A stretch of 64,000 bases of DNA. Origin: an uncultured Ruminiclostridium sp. (GTDB taxonomy: Bacteria; Bacillota; Clostridia; DSM-8532). Below, piece by piece: positions 29,397 to 38,295 of this stretch. The position numbers and the translations under genes are program-made. Where the stretch lies: NCBI GenBank assembly GCA_964450305.1, contig CAYVFB010000008.1:3884-67883 (forward strand). Direction: 5' to 3'. Under the pieces are notes generated by a model. The model saw only the letters and a program-made list of their open reading frames with translations. It ran no database searches and was not told where the DNA came from. The stretch's first letter is position 1. Every line of letters begins with the position of its first letter.

Positions 29397-30443
29397 ATGA
29401 ACAAAGACACTAAAAAGCTTTTTGGCTTTTTATCACACAACAATAAATTCAGTCTTATATTCAGAGGAATCATGGCCATTCTGTTTATCGTACTGGCTAT
29501 CGCTTTTACCATTTCAATCACCTATTCCATGGTCATGGAAGAGAATTTCTATAAAAACAGAAAATCCGGCAGCGAGAAGACTGAATACAGCAAAAGCTTT
29601 CTGGTGGTGATGGTTCAAAGCTCAAATGATTTTTTAACCCGGTTTCGGCAGGCTATCATCAACGATGCCCAGGAAAGAAAAATCCGCATTGATTTTGTGA
29701 ATGTTGAATCCATTGACGAGGCCATCGATGCCATCAACACGGCAGTCGCCGCAAAGGCAGATGGTATCATCGCCCAGGGAATTTTTGATGCGGATTATAT
29801 TGAGGCGATCAACCAGGCCATTGCGAAAGGGATTATGGTTCAGTTTGTCTATACGGACGCAAGGGGAACCGACAGAGATTATTTTGTTGGCTATAACGCA
29901 TACGATTTTGGAAAAAGAGCAGCGCGCTGTGCCATTGAGGAGCTGCCCAACAGCCCTTCCTCTGTGGCACTGATGGTTCAAAGCATCACCGATGTTGAAA
30001 AAGATGTGACCAGCAGTCTTTTTGTCGAAGGGTTTAAATCCGTTATAGACAAACACCCCATGGTGACCATCGTGGATATCGTGCGGACAAGCTATGATCT
30101 GTTCAGTGCCGAAGACACCACATATGATATTCTGAACCGCTATCCGACCCTGGATGCCATTGTTTGTACCAGCGAGAAAGACACCTTTGGCGCAGCGCAG
30201 GTGATTATTGACCTGAACCGCGTTGCAAAAACCAGTATTATCGGGGCTGGTGTTTCGGACGATATCCTCAAATATATAGAATTGGAAGTGATCGCAGCTT
30301 CCTTTGACATGAACCCTGAAATCATGAGCTCCGAATCACTGAACATCATGCTCGAAGAAAAAGCGGCAAGCGAATATGTTGAAGTGCCGATAACAACTGT
30401 GGCATCCAACAACGTAAAGTTTTTCAGAAGGAAGAAAAGTTGA
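29397..30443 (+). CDS. Membrane-anchored periplasmic-binding-protein-like sugar sensor component
   Basis: One N-terminal TM helix followed by a PBP type I-like domain. Lies immediately upstream of the histidine kinase. Confidence 0.7.
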   Translation: MNKDTKKLFGFLSHNNKFSLIFRGIMAILFIVLAIAFTISITYSMVMEENFYKNRKSGSEKTEYSKSFLVVMVQSSNDFLTRFRQAIINDAQERKIRIDFVNVESIDEAIDAINTAVAAKADGIIAQGIFDADYIEAINQAIAKGIMVQFVYTDARGTDRDYFVGYNAYDFGKRAARCAIEELPNSPSSVALMVQSITDVEKDVTSSLFVEGFKSVIDKHPMVTIVDIVRTSYDLFSAEDTTYDILNRYPTLDAIVCTSEKDTFGAAQVIIDLNRVAKTSIIGAGVSDDILKYIELEVIAASFDMNPEIMSSESLNIMLEEKAASEYVEVPITTVASNNVKFFRRKKS

Positions 30444-30530
30444 ACTGTTCTGCTTATAGGGGTACAGCATACAGGTTTGTCTGCGAAAAAAATCACAAGG
30501 GTTATTAAACCGTTGTCAGGCGAGGGAACG

Positions 30531-32069
30531 ATGAATTGGACGAAAAAGGTGAGGCTGAATACAATCCGCAAAAGAATGCTGTTCTATTTTTTGCTGTCCA
30601 TAGTAATGGTCAGCTTTGTCAGCGTTTACCTTTCGGTCAATTCGGGCATCTTCTTCCGTAAGATTGATACCATGTTCCAGGCAAGCCAATTGCTGGAGGA
30701 TATGCAAAACTACCTTGTGGAAGCCGAAAAAAACCTTGTTCTTTTCATCCAGACGAAGGATTCTGAAAGCAAGAACCGCTATCAGCTATATATGGACCGG
30801 CTGCATGACAGCGCCGGTAAAATCGAGGATACCCTGTTAACCGGTCAGGAATACTCGGGCAAGCTGATAAACCTGATCGGAACCTTCTCTGAAAACGCAA
30901 TGCAGGCCATTGACGCGAAACAGGGACGTGATGCCAACGCAATCCGAGAGAAATACAATGAAGTGCATCAGACCGGAAAGTATATTTTGGAAGAAATTCA
31001 GGAACTGAACCTGCAGCAGCTTAAGCGGAATACCGAATATTATGCGGCACTTTCGAAAAACAATGCCATAGTGGAAAAGGCAAACCTGGTATTGATCGTT
31101 GATATCCTGGTGTTATCGGGTATCATCATCCTATACATCACCTACAAAATGACCGACCCGATCATGAAGCTATCCCACTCGGCAGACGAGATCTCCAAGG
31201 GAAATTTCGATGTTGACGAGGTGATTGTAACCAGTGATGATGAGATCAAGGTCATGGCTGTAGCCTTTAACAAAATGAAAGCCAGTGTCCACAATTACAT
31301 TGAAGCCCTGCACAGCAAAGCTGAAGTGGAATCGAAGCTGATGGAAAAGGAAATGCAAAACCTGAAAATGCAAACCCTTTTAAACAATGCCGAGCTGCAG
31401 TCCCTCCAGTCCCAAATCAATCCGCACTTTTTATTTAACACCCTCAATGCCGGGGTTCAGCTGGCGATGATGGAAGAAGCCGACAAAACCTCTCTCTTTC
31501 TGGAAAACCTCGCGGCGGTTTTCAGATATAATGTCCGCAGGCTGGATACCGAAGTGACGCTGAATGATGAAATGAACAATGTTCGGGCTTACATCGACCT
31601 GATGCAGGTAAGGTTCGGGGACATGATCCGGTATCGTGCCGAGATAGAGAATGAAGAGATCCTTCAGCTGCACATCCCTCCACTGATTCTGCAACCCATA
31701 GTTGAAAATGCCTGTATTCACGGCATTGGTGAAAAAGAGGAAGGTGGCAGTATTCTCATCCATGTGTTCCGAGAGGATGAGGAAAACATGATAGAGGTTG
31801 TCGATAATGGCGTCGGAATGAATGAAGAAACCATCAAACACATTTATCAGAAGGCTCTCAGGGATGAGGGGATCCCTGAAAAACCCAAAAAAGGTCATAC
31901 CACAGGCATCGGTATCGCAAACGTCATCCAACGGTTGAGGTTGTTCTACAAGCGTCAAGATGTCATTCGTATTATAAGCGTACAGGGGGAAGGCACACGG
32001 GTGATTATCCGTTTACCTGATGTAGAAGAGGCTGACCCTATGGAACAAGCTTCAGCCGCGATACAGTAA
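30531..32069 (+). CDS. Sensor histidine kinase, LytS/YesM type (HAMP + His_kinase + HATPase_c)
   Basis: INPHFLFNTLN H-box, HAMP-like segment, VDNGVGM and GIGIANV. ATG 30531 is preferred over TTG 30477. Confidence 0.85.
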   Translation: MNWTKKVRLNTIRKRMLFYFLLSIVMVSFVSVYLSVNSGIFFRKIDTMFQASQLLEDMQNYLVEAEKNLVLFIQTKDSESKNRYQLYMDRLHDSAGKIEDTLLTGQEYSGKLINLIGTFSENAMQAIDAKQGRDANAIREKYNEVHQTGKYILEEIQELNLQQLKRNTEYYAALSKNNAIVEKANLVLIVDILVLSGIIILYITYKMTDPIMKLSHSADEISKGNFDVDEVIVTSDDEIKVMAVAFNKMKASVHNYIEALHSKAEVESKLMEKEMQNLKMQTLLNNAELQSLQSQINPHFLFNTLNAGVQLAMMEEADKTSLFLENLAAVFRYNVRRLDTEVTLNDEMNNVRAYIDLMQVRFGDMIRYRAEIENEEILQLHIPPLILQPIVENACIHGIGEKEEGGSILIHVFREDEENMIEVVDNGVGMNEETIKHIYQKALRDEGIPEKPKKGHTTGIGIANVIQRLRLFYKRQDVIRIISVQGEGTRVIIRLPDVEEADPMEQASAAIQ

Positions 32070-32125
32070 CCGGCAGACTTCGCAAAAAGAGCACTTGAGG
32101 CATTGAATCCTGAAAGGCAGGGTGA

Positions 32126-33727
32126 ATGAATATGTACAAGCTCATGATCGTGGACGATGAACAGATTGTCATTGACGCTATCACACATATTATCAATAAA
32201 AACATCAAGAATGTTACGGTTGTCGCAACTGCGAGAAATGGCCGCGAAGCCATTGAAAAAGCGAAGGCCAACCATCCGGAAATCATTCTGATGGATATAC
32301 GTATGCCGGGGATTAACGGGATTGATGCCATCACTGAAATCAAGCGGATTTATCCAGACATCCGCTTTGCCATCATATCGGCTTACGAACAGTTTGAATT
32401 TGCCAAGCAGGCCATGGAACTGGGTGTGGAGCATTATATTCTGAAGCCTGTGAACAGGACGGTATTAATTGAAACCATTTTAAAGATGATAAGCCTCATT
32501 CACGAGCAGGAGGAGAAGAAAAAGCGGGAGCTGGAAACCATCGAAAAGCTGGAAAAGGTGGTTCCCTACCTGGAGCAGGGCTTTATTTACTCCATTTTAA
32601 TGAATGCCGAATTTGACGAAGAGCTGCTGAAGTACATGGAGATTCTGAATATGAATCAAACCGGCGGCTACATCCTGATCATGCAGTTTGGAGACGGAGA
32701 AAAAGCCGAAGCACTTTCAAACAGGATTGGATCGAGCATCATCGGCCAGGAGAATTACCCTTATCTGAGAGATATCTTTAAATTCAAGTGCAAGTGTATT
32801 GTCGGGCCTGTACTGATCAATAAAATTATCGTATACATTTCCAGCGACCGGTTTAAGAACGAATATGAGTTCCGGTTGCAGACCATCGCCCTCGCTGAGG
32901 ATATCCTCAAAAGCGTACAAAAGAAAATGAATATGGAATGCTTTATCGGAATTGGCAGCTGTAAGAAAAATGCAGATATTATCATCTCGTACAGCGAGGC
33001 TGCCAAAGCGCTTAGAATGAACCGGGGCGAGCCAATTTCCCACATTTTGGACGTCTGTGGGGAAGAGGAGAAATACATGCATGACATGCATGCCGCCGCA
33101 AATATGGTTGCCAAGATAGAGATGGGAAATGAAGAAGGCGCGGCTGCGGCTTTTTCAAAGATTGCCGACAGACTGAACCATTTTGAAGGATTAACCTTTG
33201 AACAAATGCGGTCTTTTCTGATAGAATATATGGTGATGGTACACAGAAAGGCCATGGAGGCAGGTGTGAGTGAAGATTCCTTCCTGAAGTATGATGATTA
33301 TATCCAGGAGATGCTGTATATCGAAAACATAGAAAAGCTAACCTCCTGGTGTATGAACCGAATCAAATATATCACCCGAAAGGTCCAGACTGAAAAATCC
33401 GAAAAGGGAAATTGTATCATTGATCGTGCCAGAAACTATATCCGGGAGAATTTTAAAGAAGAGATCACTTTGGAGGAGCTTTCCAAGACGCTGAACATCA
33501 GCCCGCAGTATTTCAGCAGACTGTTCAAGGAAGAGACGGGGTATAATTTCATCGAGTATCTTACATTTATACGTATTGAACACAGTAAGCAACTGATGCA
33601 ATCCACAGATATGACCATCAAGGAGATATGCTTCAGTGTCGGATACGGAGATCCGAACTATTTCAGCCGGTTGTTCAAAAAAAATACAGGGCTGTCTCCA
33701 ACCACCTATACAAATTTGAACAGGTAA
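32126..33727 (+). CDS. Response regulator with an AraC-type HTH output (YesN-like)
   Basis: Receiver LMIVDDE...ILMDIRMPGINGID. C-terminal AraC HTH (LSKTLNISPQYFSRLFK...GYGDPNYFSRLFKK). Confidence 0.9.
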   Translation: MNMYKLMIVDDEQIVIDAITHIINKNIKNVTVVATARNGREAIEKAKANHPEIILMDIRMPGINGIDAITEIKRIYPDIRFAIISAYEQFEFAKQAMELGVEHYILKPVNRTVLIETILKMISLIHEQEEKKKRELETIEKLEKVVPYLEQGFIYSILMNAEFDEELLKYMEILNMNQTGGYILIMQFGDGEKAEALSNRIGSSIIGQENYPYLRDIFKFKCKCIVGPVLINKIIVYISSDRFKNEYEFRLQTIALAEDILKSVQKKMNMECFIGIGSCKKNADIIISYSEAAKALRMNRGEPISHILDVCGEEEKYMHDMHAAANMVAKIEMGNEEGAAAAFSKIADRLNHFEGLTFEQMRSFLIEYMVMVHRKAMEAGVSEDSFLKYDDYIQEMLYIENIEKLTSWCMNRIKYITRKVQTEKSEKGNCIIDRARNYIRENFKEEITLEELSKTLNISPQYFSRLFKEETGYNFIEYLTFIRIEHSKQLMQSTDMTIKEICFSVGYGDPNYFSRLFKKNTGLSPTTYTNLNR

Positions 33728-33743
33728 AAAAGGAGGACAGAGA

Positions 33744-34808
33744 ATGAAGAAAACCCTGAAAAAACTGTTGTTTCTCGTTACGGGGCTTCTGGTTGCCGTG
33801 AATTTGTGCTCCTGTGGGGATGGAAATGAAAACAGAAAATCAGACGACGAGGATAAGATTGTCATCGGCATGGTGATTGACGGTCTTGTCATTGAAAGAT
33901 GGCAAAAGGATCGGGATATATTTGTTTCCAAGGCCAGAGAACTGGGGGCGGAAGTGATCGTTCGCAATGCCAATGAGGATACTGACAGACAGGTTGAATT
34001 GATCTATGAAATCATCGAGGAGGGCATTGATTGTCTGGTCATCATTCCCTATGACAAGGATGGGTTGAGCCAATGTGTGAAAGCCGCAAAGAAGAAAGGC
34101 ATCCCGGTCATATCCTATGACAGGTTGATCCGAAATGCGGATGTGGATGCCTATATTGCCTTCGACAGCGTCAAGGTGGGCCAGCTGATGGCAGGTGCAT
34201 TGTATGAAAAGGTGCCGGAAGGCAACTATATCATCATCAATGGTTCCCAGAAGGACAATAACAGCTACCTGTTCAACAGCGGCTTTAAAATAGCCCTTCA
34301 GGAAGGGCTCGACAGCGGAGATATCAGCATCCTCGACGAGACCTGGTCTGAAGACTGGCGTGAAGAGGAAGCCTATAATACAGTGGGCAAGGCAATTCAA
34401 GCCGGGCAGGAGATACATGCGGTGATCGGCGCGAACGATCGGCTGGCTGAGGGGGCGATCAAGGTTTTGTCTGAAAACAGGCTGCTAAACAAGGTTGTCG
34501 TGGTGGGGCATGACGCCGAGCTGTCAGCCTGCCAGCGGATTGTAGAGGGCACACAGCTGGCTACGGTCTACAAGCCCATCAAGGTTCTGGCCGAGGGGGC
34601 TGCGGAATTGGCGGTAAATATGGTAAAGGGTAAAAAAATAGAATATACCCATACCATCGACGATGGAAAGTTTCCTGTTCACACCATACAATATGATCCC
34701 ATTTTGGTAACGAAGGAAAATATGGTAGAAACGGTCATCAAGGGCGGCTTTCATACGATGGAAGAGGTTTACCGGAACATTCCCAAAAGCGAATGGCCGG
34801 AAAAATAA
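33744..34808 (+). CDS. Sugar-binding lipoprotein (XylF-like PBP type I)
   Basis: Lipobox NLCSCG. Reads IGMVIDGLVIERWQKD, VISYDRLI. RBS AGGAGG. Confidence 0.85.
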   Translation: MKKTLKKLLFLVTGLLVAVNLCSCGDGNENRKSDDEDKIVIGMVIDGLVIERWQKDRDIFVSKARELGAEVIVRNANEDTDRQVELIYEIIEEGIDCLVIIPYDKDGLSQCVKAAKKKGIPVISYDRLIRNADVDAYIAFDSVKVGQLMAGALYEKVPEGNYIIINGSQKDNNSYLFNSGFKIALQEGLDSGDISILDETWSEDWREEEAYNTVGKAIQAGQEIHAVIGANDRLAEGAIKVLSENRLLNKVVVVGHDAELSACQRIVEGTQLATVYKPIKVLAEGAAELAVNMVKGKKIEYTHTIDDGKFPVHTIQYDPILVTKENMVETVIKGGFHTMEEVYRNIPKSEWPEK

Positions 34809-34976
34809 CAGGATATTTTTGAACTCAGATGTGCAGCTTGATGACATTTTGTAAACGGCATTTATAAAACCAGCTTTATAGAATCATGCGGGATGGGGTA
34901 AGATTCTCCCGAAAGCGTTTTGCTGTGTGCGAAACACAGTTGAATCTCTTCTGCAAAAGGATGTAGTTCTTGTTGT

Positions 34977-35534
34977 TTGGAGGTGGCGGTCATTCCAGCT
35001 GGGATAAAGGATGGTTTTCATAAAAAGTGGCTCAAATTCCGTAAGGAAGCTATGGTCATCGGTATTATCCTGTTATTGATGTTGCTGACATTATGGGGAT
35101 GGTATCTGAAAACCAATCAAGTAGAGGTGTTTGAGGCCGGAGGGCTGAATGAAAAGCAGGAACAGCAAACAAGCCGTGTTGCACCAGCCAGTAGCCCGGA
35201 TAGCTCCAAAACAGATTTATCAAATGCTTCTGCAAAAGATCAGCCGCAGCAGGCTAAAAATGTAACGGATCAAAAACCGGAATCTGATTCCGTCGAAGAA
35301 GTCAGGAGCGGCCTGGCAGGAGTCCAGGATAAAATCAATATCAACCTTGCTTCAGCGCAAGAGCTTGTTGCGCTCAATGGCATCGGAGAAGTAAAGGCAA
35401 AGGCAATCGTTGCCTACCGCGAGCAAAACGGTGCATTTGAAAGGATTGACCAAATTCAGGATGTGAAGGGAATCGGGGAAGCCACCTATAATAAAATCAA
35501 GGATTGGATTACTGTAAGCACTGAGCCACCGTGA
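34977..35534 (+). CDS. comEA: ComEA-family helix-hairpin-helix DNA-binding protein
   Basis: TM helix followed by a C-terminal double HhH (INLASAQELVALNGIGEVKAKAIVAYREQNGAFERIDQIQDVKGIGEATYNKI). Start is uncertain: TTG 34977, GTG 34983 or ATG 35052. Confidence 0.8.
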   Translation: MEVAVIPAGIKDGFHKKWLKFRKEAMVIGIILLLMLLTLWGWYLKTNQVEVFEAGGLNEKQEQQTSRVAPASSPDSSKTDLSNASAKDQPQQAKNVTDQKPESDSVEEVRSGLAGVQDKININLASAQELVALNGIGEVKAKAIVAYREQNGAFERIDQIQDVKGIGEATYNKIKDWITVSTEPP

Positions 35535-35618
35535 TAAACTGAAATAAGGCTTTTATAATTTGCAAAAACGATCTATAATGGTTCATTGGAGTGGATAAAG
35601 CTACAAGGAGATGTCGAT

Positions 35619-37556
35619 ATGATAAAAATTACGTTAAAGGACGGAAGCTGGAAAGAAATCAACAGAGGGTCAACGGTTCTTGAAGCCGCTGAAGGAATCA
35701 GCGCAGGCCTTGCCAGAAATGCGACCGCAGGTGAAGTGAACGGAAAAACAGTGGACTTGCGGTTTGTACTGAATGAAGATTGCGGTCTGAATATCCTCAC
35801 CTTCGAGGATCAGGCGGGCAAGCAGGCCTATTGGCACACAACCTCCCACATTATGGCACATGCGGTGAAGCGGTTGTTTCCCGAGATAAAGCTGGCCATC
35901 GGGCCTTCCATTGAAAGTGGTTTTTATTACGACTTTGATGTTGAAAAGCCATTTTCTCCGGAGCAACTGGAGAAAATTGAAAAGGAAATGAACAACATTA
36001 TCAAAGAAGACCTGCCACTCGAGCGTTTTACGCTAAGCCGTGAAGAAGCATTGAAGATGGTAGAGGGTGAAGGTGAAATCTATAAGGCCGAGCTCATTCG
36101 CGAGCTTCCGGAAGATGCGGTCATCAGCTTCTACCGCCAGGGTGATTTTACTGACCTGTGCGCAGGGCCTCATCTGATGAGCACCGGGAAAGTAAAGGCT
36201 TTCAAGCTTGTAAACCTGGCTGGTGCCTACTGGCGGGGGAATGAAAAGAATAAAATGCTGCAAAGGGTCTATGGCGTCAGCTTCCCAAAGAAGAGCATGC
36301 TCGATGAGCATCTGGAAAGGCTGGAGGAAGCCAAGAAACGCGATCATAACAAGCTGGGGCGCGAATTGCAGCTGTTCATGACCTCCGAGCCCATTGGTCA
36401 GGGGCTGCCGCTTTTAATGCCCAAGGGTGCAAAGGTGATTCAGGTTCTGCAGCGATTTATCGAGGATGAGGAGGAGCGCAGGGGTTATGTCCTCACAAAA
36501 ACCCCAATGATGGCAAAGAGCGAGCTGTATAAAATTTCAGGCCATTGGCAGCATTATAAGGACAGCATGTTTGTGCTGGGCGACGAGGAGAAGGACGAGG
36601 AAGTTTTGTGCTTAAGGCCCATGACCTGCCCGTTCCAGTTCATGATCTACAATGCCAGCCTGCACAGCTACAGGGATTTGCCGGTGAGAATGGCTGAAAC
36701 CTCCACGCTTTTCAGAAATGAAGCTTCCGGTGAAATGCATGGGCTTATCCGTGTGCGCCAGTTTACCATATCTGAAGGCCATTTAGTTGTTACGCCCGAC
36801 CAGCTGGAAGAAGAGTTCAAGGGTGTTCTGGATCTCATCAATTATGTACTGGATATTTTGGGCATCAAAGAAGATATAACCTACCGGTTTTCCAAATGGG
36901 ATCCCAACAACAGGGAAAAATATATCGACAACCCGGAAGCCTGGGAGGATACTCAGAATAAAATGAAAAACATTCTGGATCATTTGGGTCTGGACTATAA
37001 GGAAGCCGAAGATGAAGCTGCTTTTTACGGGCCAAAGCTGGATATCCAGTTCAGAAACGTTCATGGCAAGGAAGACACGATGATAACCGTACAGATAGAC
37101 TTCTCCCTGCCCGACAGGTTTGATATGACCTTTATCGACAAGGACAATCAAAAGAAGAGGCCCTATGTCATTCATCGCACTTCCATCGGTTGCTACGAGC
37201 GTACACTGGCCATGCTCATAGAAAAATACGCTGGTGCGTTCCCCACCTGGATGGCGCCCGTTCAGGTAAAGCTCCTGCCCATTATCGACAAACAGCAAGC
37301 CTATGCCGCTATGGTGGCCAATCAGCTGAAGAAGCTGGGTGTCCGGGTTGAAGTTGATACCCGCAATGAAAAAATCGGGTACAAGATCCGTGAAGCACAG
37401 CTGGAAAAAATACCATACATGCTGGTCATCGGTGATAAGGAAATGGAAAGCAATCAGGTTGCAGTGCGTTCCAGAAAGGAAGGCGACCTGGGCGCAATGG
37501 ATGTGAACGCATTTATTGCGAAGCTTACGGAAGAAATAGAATCAAAAGCACGATAA
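35619..37556 (+). CDS. thrS: Threonine-tRNA ligase
   Basis: TGS-domain start MIKITLKDGS. Reads TSHIMAHAV, class II motifs (FRNEASG, RVRQFT), IHRTSIGCYER. AAGGAG lies 8 nt before ATG 35619. Confidence 0.95.
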   Translation: MIKITLKDGSWKEINRGSTVLEAAEGISAGLARNATAGEVNGKTVDLRFVLNEDCGLNILTFEDQAGKQAYWHTTSHIMAHAVKRLFPEIKLAIGPSIESGFYYDFDVEKPFSPEQLEKIEKEMNNIIKEDLPLERFTLSREEALKMVEGEGEIYKAELIRELPEDAVISFYRQGDFTDLCAGPHLMSTGKVKAFKLVNLAGAYWRGNEKNKMLQRVYGVSFPKKSMLDEHLERLEEAKKRDHNKLGRELQLFMTSEPIGQGLPLLMPKGAKVIQVLQRFIEDEEERRGYVLTKTPMMAKSELYKISGHWQHYKDSMFVLGDEEKDEEVLCLRPMTCPFQFMIYNASLHSYRDLPVRMAETSTLFRNEASGEMHGLIRVRQFTISEGHLVVTPDQLEEEFKGVLDLINYVLDILGIKEDITYRFSKWDPNNREKYIDNPEAWEDTQNKMKNILDHLGLDYKEAEDEAAFYGPKLDIQFRNVHGKEDTMITVQIDFSLPDRFDMTFIDKDNQKKRPYVIHRTSIGCYERTLAMLIEKYAGAFPTWMAPVQVKLLPIIDKQQAYAAMVANQLKKLGVRVEVDTRNEKIGYKIREAQLEKIPYMLVIGDKEMESNQVAVRSRKEGDLGAMDVNAFIAKLTEEIESKAR

Positions 37557-37579
37557 TCAAAACACAAGAAACACAAGAA

Positions 37580-37638
37580 CACAAGGGGACGGTTCTTCTG
37601 TGTTAATAAAATCAACACAGAAGAACCGTCCCCTTGTG
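37580..37638. terminator. Bidirectional terminator hairpin between thrS and ykuS (25-bp arms)
   Basis: CACAAGGGGACGGTTCTTCTGTGTT, a 9-nt loop, then AACACAGAAGAACCGTCCCCTTGTG. Confidence 0.75.
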
Positions 37639-37664
37639 TCCCCTTATGTTCCTTGTATTCTCCC

Positions 37665-37919
37665 TCAAAGATAAGCCTGGTTAATTTGCTCAAAAATTTC
37701 TTCAGGGGTCATTCCTGTGGCATCGATCACCGGCGCGCCGGTGGCGGTATCCTGCATTCCCAGAAAGTCACTGCTCATTCCTGTCAGCACAATGGCATCA
37801 TAGTCTTCATTCTGCGCCTGTGTAAAGGCATCAAATTCAACAGTCTCTACTTCATAGCCCTGGTCTTCAAGATATTCCTGAACAGGCGTCAGGCCTTTCT
37901 GAACGGCAATCTTTTTCAT
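37665..37919 (-). CDS. ykuS: YkuS-family protein (UPF0180)
   Basis: 84 aa. Reads MKKIAVQKGLTPVQEYLEDQGYEV...AIVLTGM. Confidence 0.8.
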   Translation of the reverse strand: MKKIAVQKGLTPVQEYLEDQGYEVETVEFDAFTQAQNEDYDAIVLTGMSSDFLGMQDTATGAPVIDATGMTPEEIFEQINQAYL

Positions 37920-38295
37920 TCCTTATTCCCTCCTGTGTGTATTCGAACTCAATCAATCATAATCATAATATGCGAAAGATCCTCACGGAGTATTCACATG
38001 CAAATTGAAAAACGAATGGAACACAGAAGAACCGTCCCCTTCTGCTCCACTGGGTTGTCTTCAAAAAAGTCGAGCATTTTTTGGTGTTGATTTATATAAT
38101 TCAGATCTGGGCTATACGAATACTAAGGAGGAAACGTCAGTTATAGTTAAAGTGTATCATCAAACTTTTTAGTTTTCCTACCGTTATATCTGGCATGGAT
38201 TGCCTTTTGGTTGTATACTAGTGTTATGTAAAGAACAAATGTTTCAAAGCCTATCAGCGAATAGAGTGGAAGTTATAATAAGGAGTACGAACAAT

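Noticed and set aside
29068-29400. 110-aa ORF between the permease and the sensor PBP gene
   Set aside because: It starts inside the permease gene out of frame and spans a terminator-like hairpin (29137-29163). It shows no coding signal.
37653-38090. 145-aa plus-strand ORF
   Set aside because: It is antisense to the well-recognised ykuS gene and extends through its promoter region.
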